Positions 12,306-20,233 of a DNA stretch of 50,812 nt are shown piece by piece. How positions within the stretch are numbered: the first letter of the stretch is position 1; every line of letters begins with the position of its first letter. The stretch covers positions 1-50,812 of the forward strand of contig CAZDWH010000001.1 of assembly GCA_964509025.1 (NCBI GenBank), given 5' to 3'. The notes beneath the pieces are model-generated. The model was not told the origin of the DNA, did not search any database, and saw only the letters and a list, made by a program, of their open reading frames with translations. Position numbers and translations under genes: made by a program. This DNA comes from an uncultured Rhodanobacteraceae bacterium (lineage in GTDB: Bacteria > Pseudomonadota > Gammaproteobacteria > Xanthomonadales > Rhodanobacteraceae).

Positions 12306-13103
12306 ATGACCCCGAACAGCGCGCCACAGCGCTTGTCGGCCTGGCTCGAACAGGCCTGGCTTGCGCGCTATCTGGACCGCCAGCTGGACGGCGCCGAAAC
12401 GGAATGGTTCGAGGCTTACGCGTTGGACAAACCCGAGCTGCTGACGATGATCGACGCGGATACCCGTTTGCGGGATGCCTTAGCGGCCGATGCGTCGGCC
12501 GGGCGCAGGGATGCGCCACCTGCTTCCGCAGCGCGCGGGATGGATGACGCACGAGATGGTGGGAGCAAGCAGCCCGCTGGCACGGGCAGTGCAGAAACCG
12601 CGACGGAATCCGGCGCCCTTGATTTCGCTATCGCGACGACATCGAATGTCGTTGAGTTTCAGAACAGACGCGAGCCGCGCGCTTCAGCGAATTCGGCGCA
12701 GCGCACGTCTTGGCTCGGTCTCGCCGCCGCACTGGTGCTTGGACTCGGCGTCGGCGGTATCGCCATGCGCGTGGCCACACCGCCGCGCGGTGCCGATCTC
12801 GTCGCCAACCCCACGAGCATCATCTACGACACCATGCGCGGGGGAGCCGCAAAAGATTCGCGTGTCGAGCACGGCGACGGCACATCGCCCCTCGTGCTGA
12901 TCGAAGTCGCCGTGCCGCCCGGCGCGCAGAACATCACCCTGCACATCGACGACGAGGCCGACCAAGCGCTCACGCCCTCGCGCGATGGCTTTGTCAGCTT
13001 CCTGCTACCGCGCGAGCTCGTGCAACAGCACAAGTTGGCGACTGTGTCCTACGCCCTCACCGGCGGCTCGGGGAAGCGTTCGATTGATTTGGAGATACCG
13101 TAG
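12306..13103 (+). CDS. Putative single-pass membrane anti-sigma factor
   Basis: Directly follows the ECF gene; GGGAG RBS before ATG 12306. N-terminal RYLDRQL...WFEAY resembles an anti-sigma domain, followed by a low-complexity linker, TM WLGLAAALVLGLGVGGIAM and a C-terminal beta-rich domain. Confidence 0.75.
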   Translation: MTPNSAPQRLSAWLEQAWLARYLDRQLDGAETEWFEAYALDKPELLTMIDADTRLRDALAADASAGRRDAPPASAARGMDDARDGGSKQPAGTGSAETATESGALDFAIATTSNVVEFQNRREPRASANSAQRTSWLGLAAALVLGLGVGGIAMRVATPPRGADLVANPTSIIYDTMRGGAAKDSRVEHGDGTSPLVLIEVAVPPGAQNITLHIDDEADQALTPSRDGFVSFLLPRELVQQHKLATVSYALTGGSGKRSIDLEIP

Positions 13104-13149
13104 AGAACAACCCGTTAGTCAATCTCGAAGGCCCCACAAGGAGAAAGCC

Positions 13150-13818
13150 ATGAGAAGCGTCACAAAATGCGGTGTTCTGCTTTTCCTGTTCGCATGCGGA
13201 GGCGTGCCCTCCGATGCTACCGCCGCCTCCCACTGCAAGGCTACAAGGGGATGCGCAACAACACCCAGCCAGAACCTCGGGAACCCCCACAAACTGCGAG
13301 GGAGTATTGATGTAGTGGAGGTGACTCGTGATGTCTGGGATACACATGCTCACGTTCCGCTCGCGTACGTGAATGCGTCTTCGGATTGCCCGAGTGGTGT
13401 TTTTCAATTCGACCCTGACAAGGACTGGATGACCATCGAAACGGACCACAACGGCGATTCGCCGAGACTACGCTTATGGCTGAGCAATCTGAATCAACTA
13501 GTTGACCAGCCGCTTGAAGTCAGCTCTGCGCAAAGCGGCGGAAAAGAAACTTGGCGTGCGACAAAGGCGTCCAGCAAATATGGCGAATTCGACTACTACG
13601 TATACATCTATCAGTTGCCTTTAGACAGCAACGGCATGATGGAAAAGCAATACGGCCTGGATGTTTTCCCGCCGAAAAACATTGCGTCAGACGCATGCAA
13701 CGCAGAACGGCCTGAAAACGCTACCGCATGGCGAGCCGACAAGAAACTTGGCCTGAAAGGGAAGTTCTATATGCTCCAAATCAATTCCGGCCAGGGCGGC
13801 GAACCCAACCATCCATAA
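13150..13818 (+). CDS. Hypothetical secreted protein or lipoprotein (222 aa)
   Basis: AAGGAG RBS then ATG 13150. Signal-like MRSVTKCGVLLFLFAC (possible lipobox LFAC). Lower GC than host genes. Confidence 0.75.
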   Translation: MRSVTKCGVLLFLFACGGVPSDATAASHCKATRGCATTPSQNLGNPHKLRGSIDVVEVTRDVWDTHAHVPLAYVNASSDCPSGVFQFDPDKDWMTIETDHNGDSPRLRLWLSNLNQLVDQPLEVSSAQSGGKETWRATKASSKYGEFDYYVYIYQLPLDSNGMMEKQYGLDVFPPKNIASDACNAERPENATAWRADKKLGLKGKFYMLQINSGQGGEPNHP

Positions 13819-13832
13819 CTCAATTGGCTTCC

Positions 13833-16800
13833 GTGAAACGCCTGTTGCGTGAAGCCTACGATTATGTCCTGGGACTCACCGCGCTCGTGAGCGCGACAGC
13901 ACTATCGGTCGCGCTCCTTTTGTCCGGATCTGCGTTCGCGCAGGTAACGCAGGACGCTCAACCCTTGCGATGCAGGGAATTCACTCAACCGCAAATCGTT
14001 GAGCTCCCCGCAGCACTGGGTACGCTGTATTTTTCGCTGGACGAACCCGAGGCTTGGCTCGAATTGACGGAGCACGGGCAGACAGTCAGCGTGAGCGCCG
14101 CGAAATCTGCCGTCCTGGATGTTTCTCAACCGCTGCGGTTTGGCCAGCATTGGACGCACCTGAGCCATGGCGACGTCGTTTCACTGCGCCGCGCCACGCC
14201 GAATGGAGCGGTAGGCGCGATTGGCATCAGGTTGCACTGCGATACAACTGAGAATTTGACCACGCGGATCGCATGGCTGCGCGCGGCAAGTGAGGCTGGG
14301 CTGGAATTGGCGAACACCGGGCGGAAGCCACTCTCGCACTGGCTCATTCAAATCCAGACGCTGGAAGACAGCAGCCCTGACGCTTCGGCACACGCTCTCT
14401 CGCTCCACTATCGTGCGATGGCCTACGCAGTAGCCGGAAAGAATTCCGAAGCGGGCGCTGCTTTCGAAGCCGCTGAATCCGCCTGGAGATCGCTCAACGA
14501 CGAAGATCGAGCGACGGCTGCACGGCTGGGTCGCGTAGAAGCTTTGCGTTTGACGGAAGCGAATCGCGACGTGTTGAATCTCGTCCCTCCGATTGAGCAC
14601 CGGAGTGGAGCACTGACATATTTCTCAGTGCGCTTGGCAATGGCGCGCTGCCAGGTATTGCAGGCGCAAGGGCTACTGAACGATGCCAGTTTGTGCTTTT
14701 CGTGGGGAATGACCGCCTACAAGGCCCTAGGTGAGACCACGGAGTACGTCGTTGCCCTGCAGAACTATGCAAAGGCGCTGGGCGAGCAAGGCCACATTGA
14801 CGACGCGCAACAACTCGTGACCGGCGCGCTTACAGTTCCGACGGGACCAGCCGCACCACGAGTTCGCGGCTTCCTCAGAGTGCAGCTTTCCGATTTGGCG
14901 ATGCGGCGGGGGCAAATCACGGAATCGCTGCGCAATTCAAATTTTGCACTGGAGGAATTTGCGCGCCTGCCTGATACCTCACGATGGCAAGCGACGACTT
15001 TGTTTGGTATCGCAGATGTGTATGCTCAATTGGGGGCGAACGACGAGTCCCTAGCCGCTCTCGAACAAGCCACATCCAGAATTTCCGCGCGCGACGCTCC
15101 CGAACGGATGGCATCTGCGATGAGCCTGTTCGCTAATATTGAGGAGAACGCACACCATCCCGAATCCTCCCTGTTGTGGCGTCGTGCCGCTGAACGAGTC
15201 CAGGAAAATCTCGGGCTGCGATTGAGGGCCAAAGGCGCGCGTTTACTTCGTTGGCAGCAGCAACTCGCGCTTGGCGACTACGACGCCGTGGAACTGGAAC
15301 TGACAGCAGACACCGACGTTTATCCGCTTTACGACAATCAGCAATCACTGCTTTGGGCAGAACTTCTGCTCGCGAGGCATCGCATGGATGACGCTGGCGC
15401 GAAATTGCGAGGACTAAATAGCGAGCGCCTATCTCTGCCACTGCGGGTTCGCTACGCGTTGCTCAGTGCGAAATACGAAGAAAGCTCACACAGCGCTCAG
15501 GACTCCCTAGCTACACTGTTTGGCGCGGTTCAGCATCTTGATAGTTTGGCTACCCAGACAAGCAGCCAAACGCTTGCGAGCCTGATCGCACGTCAATCGA
15601 TACCCTTGCGGCGCAGTGCTATTTCTTTGATCTTGCGGAATCCTAACGTCGGCGCTTCGCGCATGGATATGCTATGGCCATGGTTGGAAACGGTAACCGC
15701 TCGAACAGCCGATCCGGCCTCGCCGAGCGCCGAAAACTTCAACCGCGCGGTTGCAGCGGACCTTTTAACGACTCAATCCACCAAATCAACACCGGTTGAT
15801 GCGCGAGCACAGCGCGAGTTGCTTTCACTACTCGCACCCGCCGCCGCTGTGTCAAACACTGCGACAGGTCGCACTCGGCAGCCGACGACATTGGCGTCAC
15901 TGCAACAGCTCCTCGCTCCCGACTCTGCCTTCCTCGCCTACCTCGACGGCGAGTCGCGCGGCGGCGTGCTATGGATCACGCGCGAGAGCGCGCGCGTGCT
16001 CGACGCAGCGGCGCCCGAGGCGGTGCGCGCATCGACGCTCGCCTTGCGCACAGCGCTGCGCACACCTGCAACGCCGCTCGGCGAGGTGCAAGCCACCGCG
16101 CAAACCCTGTCGACACAATTGCTCGGCGCCTTGCCAGTCGGTACGCCGCCAAAGCATCTCTACGTGCTCGCGGACGAAATGATGTCGCGCGTTGCGTGGA
16201 GTACGTTGACCTGGCCGGGGCAATCCGCGCCGCTGATCGAGACGACGGCGGTCGAATTCGTGCATCTTGTGCGCGACGACGCTGCGCGCGCGAATGTGCA
16301 GGCGCATGCAATGCATTTGATCGTCTCCTCGCAGGATCAGTTCGATGCTGCGCCACTGAGGCGTCTGGCGAACGCGAGCACGGAACCGCAGCTGATTCGC
16401 GCTGCCCTGGCGTCGCCCGATCCGTCGTCCGCCCGCCCAGCATTGATCCTCGCCGAGGGCGCGCAGGCCACACGCGAAGCGGTGCTCACGGCGCTGGACG
16501 ACCCCGGCGCGTGGGTGCATGTCGCCGCGCACGGTACGGCGCAGCCGCATCGCATCGGCTATGCCGGGCTGTGGCTCGCACCGTCGCCGGCAGAAAATGT
16601 CACGGCAACGAATCCGCCAACGCAGATCGCACCTGCGGAAAATCAGACTCAACTGCTCACGCAAAACGCAGCACCACTGCCAGCCTTCCTGAGTTGGCTC
16701 GATATCCTCGAACGCGGCGTGCGCGCCGACCTCGTCGTACTCAATGCCTGCCAGCTCGGCGACAGCGGAATGGCGATCAACGGCAACCGGAGTTTCGCCG

Positions 16801-17069
16801 ATGCGGTTTCGCGCGCGGGCGCACGCCAGGTCGTCGCGGCGGCGTGGCCGGTCAGCGACGCGGCCGCGGCGCTGTGGGTGCCGGAGTTCTACACCGCGCT
16901 CGCTGCCGATCCCGAGCACAACGCTGCGAACGCCCTGCATGCCGCGCAACTGCGCTTGCGCGCGAGCCGCGCGTTTGCGCATCCATTTTTCTGGGCGGGG
17001 ATGCAGGCCACGACGAGGCTTGGGCTATCTGCGGCGTCCGTTGCATCGCCTGCCAGTACGCAGCACTGA
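13833..17069 (+). CDS. TPR-like/CHAT-domain (caspase-like, clan CD) protease with predicted signal peptide
   Basis: Catalytic His in WVHVAAHG (codon 16530-16532) and Cys in VVLNACQLG (16749-16751). VVAAAWPVSD and HPFFWAG motifs. Long helical-repeat middle. GTG 13833 gives a signal-peptide-like N-terminus ending SAFA-Q. Start uncertain. Confidence 0.9.
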   Translation: MKRLLREAYDYVLGLTALVSATALSVALLLSGSAFAQVTQDAQPLRCREFTQPQIVELPAALGTLYFSLDEPEAWLELTEHGQTVSVSAAKSAVLDVSQPLRFGQHWTHLSHGDVVSLRRATPNGAVGAIGIRLHCDTTENLTTRIAWLRAASEAGLELANTGRKPLSHWLIQIQTLEDSSPDASAHALSLHYRAMAYAVAGKNSEAGAAFEAAESAWRSLNDEDRATAARLGRVEALRLTEANRDVLNLVPPIEHRSGALTYFSVRLAMARCQVLQAQGLLNDASLCFSWGMTAYKALGETTEYVVALQNYAKALGEQGHIDDAQQLVTGALTVPTGPAAPRVRGFLRVQLSDLAMRRGQITESLRNSNFALEEFARLPDTSRWQATTLFGIADVYAQLGANDESLAALEQATSRISARDAPERMASAMSLFANIEENAHHPESSLLWRRAAERVQENLGLRLRAKGARLLRWQQQLALGDYDAVELELTADTDVYPLYDNQQSLLWAELLLARHRMDDAGAKLRGLNSERLSLPLRVRYALLSAKYEESSHSAQDSLATLFGAVQHLDSLATQTSSQTLASLIARQSIPLRRSAISLILRNPNVGASRMDMLWPWLETVTARTADPASPSAENFNRAVAADLLTTQSTKSTPVDARAQRELLSLLAPAAAVSNTATGRTRQPTTLASLQQLLAPDSAFLAYLDGESRGGVLWITRESARVLDAAAPEAVRASTLALRTALRTPATPLGEVQATAQTLSTQLLGALPVGTPPKHLYVLADEMMSRVAWSTLTWPGQSAPLIETTAVEFVHLVRDDAARANVQAHAMHLIVSSQDQFDAAPLRRLANASTEPQLIRAALASPDPSSARPALILAEGAQATREAVLTALDDPGAWVHVAAHGTAQPHRIGYAGLWLAPSPAENVTATNPPTQIAPAENQTQLLTQNAAPLPAFLSWLDILERGVRADLVVLNACQLGDSGMAINGNRSFADAVSRAGARQVVAAAWPVSDAAAALWVPEFYTALAADPEHNAANALHAAQLRLRASRAFAHPFFWAGMQATTRLGLSAASVASPASTQH

Positions 17070-17218
17070 ACGAGTCTTCAATTCTTGTAGCCTGAATGCG
17101 GGCGCGCAATGCAAGAACCGGGAGGTCGTTTTGAAGCGTGCCCGCATTGCGGCTATGGACTGACGCAACCCGAACCGTTCCCGCGCTGCACCGTCATCTC
17201 CGAAAACTGATCGCTCAG

Positions 17219-17245
17219 TGAGACAGCGCGAGCCGTTGACGCTCC
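17219..17245 (+). promoter_or_regulatory. Candidate ECF promoter TGAGACA-N15-GCTCC (copy 2)
   Basis: Identical half-sites and 15-nt spacer to 12236-12262. Ends 27 nt upstream of the lipoprotein ATG. Confidence 0.55.
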
Positions 17246-17272
17246 TCTAAAGCGAACAACAGGAGGAACGCC

Positions 17273-18490
17273 ATGCAAACCAACTCCATAGCTCCCCTTC
17301 GGTCGCTGACAGCTCTCGGTCTGGCTTCATTGCTCACCGGGTGCTACCCCACGGCCGGCGTGAAGAACAGCTCCAACACGTATAACGAGGTCTGCGAAAA
17401 AGTGGCTGATTCCGGGCCTGCTCCAGTGGCAGCCGCGTGCGCGGAAGATGACGAAAACAAGCCAGTTGTCATCACTGCCGCTGTCGCTACCGCGCGCAAG
17501 TGCGTCAACGGCAAGCGTGCGAACTACGCACGCATCTACTGCGAACAGGAATGGAGCAACAAGAAATTCAACTACTCCTTGCTTGGCACGGCACTCGTGG
17601 CCGGCGGGGCGGCTTTGGCCAAGGCGGACGCGAATGTGCTGGGCGGCATCGGCGCGATCGCGGGGGGAATTTCCGGCTTGAAGGCCTATCAACACCCGGA
17701 CACATCCCGGGACGCGTCCGTGAGCGCGTATGAACAGCTGACGTGCGTCTACGACCGCTCGTACTTGCTCAACGCCGGGTTGGTCCAAAAGCAGCTCGAA
17801 TATGATCGCGAGAATCTGCGCCACATGATCGGCGAGGTAACTTCCGATCTTGCCGACTTGACATCCGATGACCGGGATAGCGCTGCCGGCAAGGCCGCAG
17901 TCAAGGCGGCACAGGAGTCCATCGCCGCGGGCGAAAGTGCGCTCAAGCAGATATCGACTTCGCTCAACGACTTGGCAAACTTGCCACGACTTGTGTACAC
18001 AACCGCCAATTCCGTAGACATTGCCGCGCGCAAGGCCAACAACACCAGCGGTTCGTATGACGGATTCCACACGACGATCAAGGATGCGTATACCGCTGCC
18101 GCAAAGGATGCTGTCGGAAAAGAGGACGCTGCAAAAAAGGCCTCATCCGCGCAGGGGGCTGCAACAGCATCAGAGGCCGCCGTGAAAGCTCAGAAGAAGA
18201 AAAGTTCCGCGTTGGAAAAACTCGGCGGGACTTCAAGCACGCTCGATTCGGCGCTAAAGGCGCAAGACAACAAATTCATCGCTTCGATCCGGATATCCGG
18301 CTTTCAAGACAACCCATTCATTACTTCGATCCAGAACTCCGATCTCCCTGCGCAACACGTGCGAAGGAGCACGTCGAGCGATACAGCCAAGCTCGCGAGC
18401 CTTGCGGTAATCGCCGTCGACGACCTGCCTTCTCCTCTGTATTCGGCGGTTGCCGCAGAAATAACGGGATGCGCGCCGAAAAATAAATAA
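17273..18490 (+). CDS. Hypothetical lipoprotein (405 aa)
   Basis: AGGAGG RBS and lipobox LTGC. Gly/Ala-rich hydrophobic hairpin followed by Ala/Lys-rich helical segments. Confidence 0.8.
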   Translation: MQTNSIAPLRSLTALGLASLLTGCYPTAGVKNSSNTYNEVCEKVADSGPAPVAAACAEDDENKPVVITAAVATARKCVNGKRANYARIYCEQEWSNKKFNYSLLGTALVAGGAALAKADANVLGGIGAIAGGISGLKAYQHPDTSRDASVSAYEQLTCVYDRSYLLNAGLVQKQLEYDRENLRHMIGEVTSDLADLTSDDRDSAAGKAAVKAAQESIAAGESALKQISTSLNDLANLPRLVYTTANSVDIAARKANNTSGSYDGFHTTIKDAYTAAAKDAVGKEDAAKKASSAQGAATASEAAVKAQKKKSSALEKLGGTSSTLDSALKAQDNKFIASIRISGFQDNPFITSIQNSDLPAQHVRRSTSSDTAKLASLAVIAVDDLPSPLYSAVAAEITGCAPKNK

Positions 18491-18553
18491 CCTCGGATAA
18501 GGGGCGCAGGAAAGGCGGTGTACTCTATGGACCCTGCGTTCACGGAGTCCCTC

Positions 18554-19864
18554 ATGCGCTCGAGTCTCGCCGTTGCAACCTGTCTTGGTGTGCTGCTAGC
18601 AGTCGAATCGGGCGCGGAGGACGGCGTGAAAGCCGGATCTGTCGAAACCGAGGTCATTCACTGCGGCCACCTGATCGACACCGACGCCGGCAAGCTGCTC
18701 GGCGCGACGACGATCGTGATCGAGGGTAAGCGCATCAAGGAAGTGAAGCCGGGCTATGTGGAAGTGCCGGGCGCGACTCAGGTCAACGACATGCCGACGA
18801 GCACCTGCCTGCCCGGCCTGATCGACAGCCACGTGCATCTGACGATGCAGTTCGGCCCGACGACCTACAGCGACAAGTTTCGGCTCAACGCCGCCGACTA
18901 CGCGATCCGCAGCACGGTGTACGCCAAGCGCACGCTCGACGCGGGTTTCACCACCGTGCGCAACCTCGCCGACAACGACAACGACTCGATCGCGCTGCGC
19001 AATGCGATCAACGCCGGCGTCGTGCCCGGTCCGCGCATTTTCACCGCGGGCAAGGCGATCGGCTCGACCGGCGGCCATGCCGACTTCAGCGACGGCTATC
19101 GCAAGGACCTCGCCGGCGATCCCGGTCCCAAGGACGGCATCATCAATTCACCGGAAGACGCGTGGAAGGCCGTGCGCCAGCACTACAAGGACGGCGCCGA
19201 TGCGATCAAGATCATGCCGTCGGGCGGCGTGCTCGACGAAAGCACCAGCGTCGACAACTCGCAAATGACGATCGAGGAGATCAAGGCCGTAGTCGCCGCA
19301 TCGCACGACTATGGTTTTACCGTCGCCGCGCACGCGCACGGCGCCGAAGGCATCCGCCGCGCGATCCTCGGCGGCGTCGACTCGATCGAGCACGGCACCT
19401 ACATGGACGATGCCGACGTGAAACTGATGAAGGAGCACGGCACCTGGCTCGTGCCGACGATCATCGCGGGCAAGTATGTCGAGGAACAGGCGAACAAGCC
19501 CGGCGTATTCCCGCCGCAGGTCGCGGCCAAGGCGAAACAGGTCGGGCCGATCATCCAGGCCACCGCGGGCAAGGCCTACAAGGCCGGCGTGAAGATCGCG
19601 TTTGGCACCGACGCGGCGGTATATCCGCACGGCGGCAACGCCAAGGAATTCGTCTATATGGTCGAGGCCGGCATGCCGCCGATGTTCGCGATCCAGGCGG
19701 CGACCACGCATGCGGCGCAGCTGCTCAAGCACGACAAGGACATCGGCAGCATCGCTCCGGGCAAGTTCGCCGACATCATCGCGGTGCAGGGCAATCCGCT
19801 GCAGGATGTGAGTCTGCTGCAGAAAGTGGGGTTTGTGATGAAGGAAGGGACGCAATACAAATGA
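18554..19864 (+). CDS. Metal-dependent amidohydrolase (Xaa-Pro dipeptidase-like), probably exported
   Basis: PGLIDSHVH, GFTTVR, IKIM, AHAHG, SIEHG, FGTDA, GKFADIIAV. GGAG RBS before ATG 18554. Confidence 0.9.
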   Translation: MRSSLAVATCLGVLLAVESGAEDGVKAGSVETEVIHCGHLIDTDAGKLLGATTIVIEGKRIKEVKPGYVEVPGATQVNDMPTSTCLPGLIDSHVHLTMQFGPTTYSDKFRLNAADYAIRSTVYAKRTLDAGFTTVRNLADNDNDSIALRNAINAGVVPGPRIFTAGKAIGSTGGHADFSDGYRKDLAGDPGPKDGIINSPEDAWKAVRQHYKDGADAIKIMPSGGVLDESTSVDNSQMTIEEIKAVVAASHDYGFTVAAHAHGAEGIRRAILGGVDSIEHGTYMDDADVKLMKEHGTWLVPTIIAGKYVEEQANKPGVFPPQVAAKAKQVGPIIQATAGKAYKAGVKIAFGTDAAVYPHGGNAKEFVYMVEAGMPPMFAIQAATTHAAQLLKHDKDIGSIAPGKFADIIAVQGNPLQDVSLLQKVGFVMKEGTQYK

Positions 19865-19966
19865 TCGCCTAGTAATTGTCTGGCCGTTTTCCTGAATTTA
19901 AAAACGGCATGCCAGTTACCGGCTGCCACGGTGAAATTCCGACTTTCCCATACCAAGGAGCGAGCC

Positions 19967-20233
19967 ATGCCGATTCCTCCCGATCCACCGCCGACCACTA
20001 CCATCGGAGCCGGCGGCCACTACGATCTGCTGCCGGCCGTCGAACGCGTGGTCGAACTGCTCGACAAGGCACCAGCGTTTTCCGCTGCTGCCACGGCGTT
20101 GCGCCAGCTACTGCTTGCGCTCACGCTGGAGTCCGTCGCAGGGACTATCCATGACACCAACTTCAGGGCGGAAGCCTTCACGGCCGCAATGAAGCACATG
20201 ACTATGGCGCGTAATCAAATCAGGGGGCTCTGA
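19967..20233 (+). CDS. Small hypothetical protein (88 aa, Pro-rich N-terminus)
   Basis: AAGGAG RBS at 19955-19960. Fills the gap between amidohydrolase and kinase; its 3' end overlaps the kinase 3' end by 19 nt. Confidence 0.6.
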   Translation: MPIPPDPPPTTTIGAGGHYDLLPAVERVVELLDKAPAFSAAATALRQLLLALTLESVAGTIHDTNFRAEAFTAAMKHMTMARNQIRGL

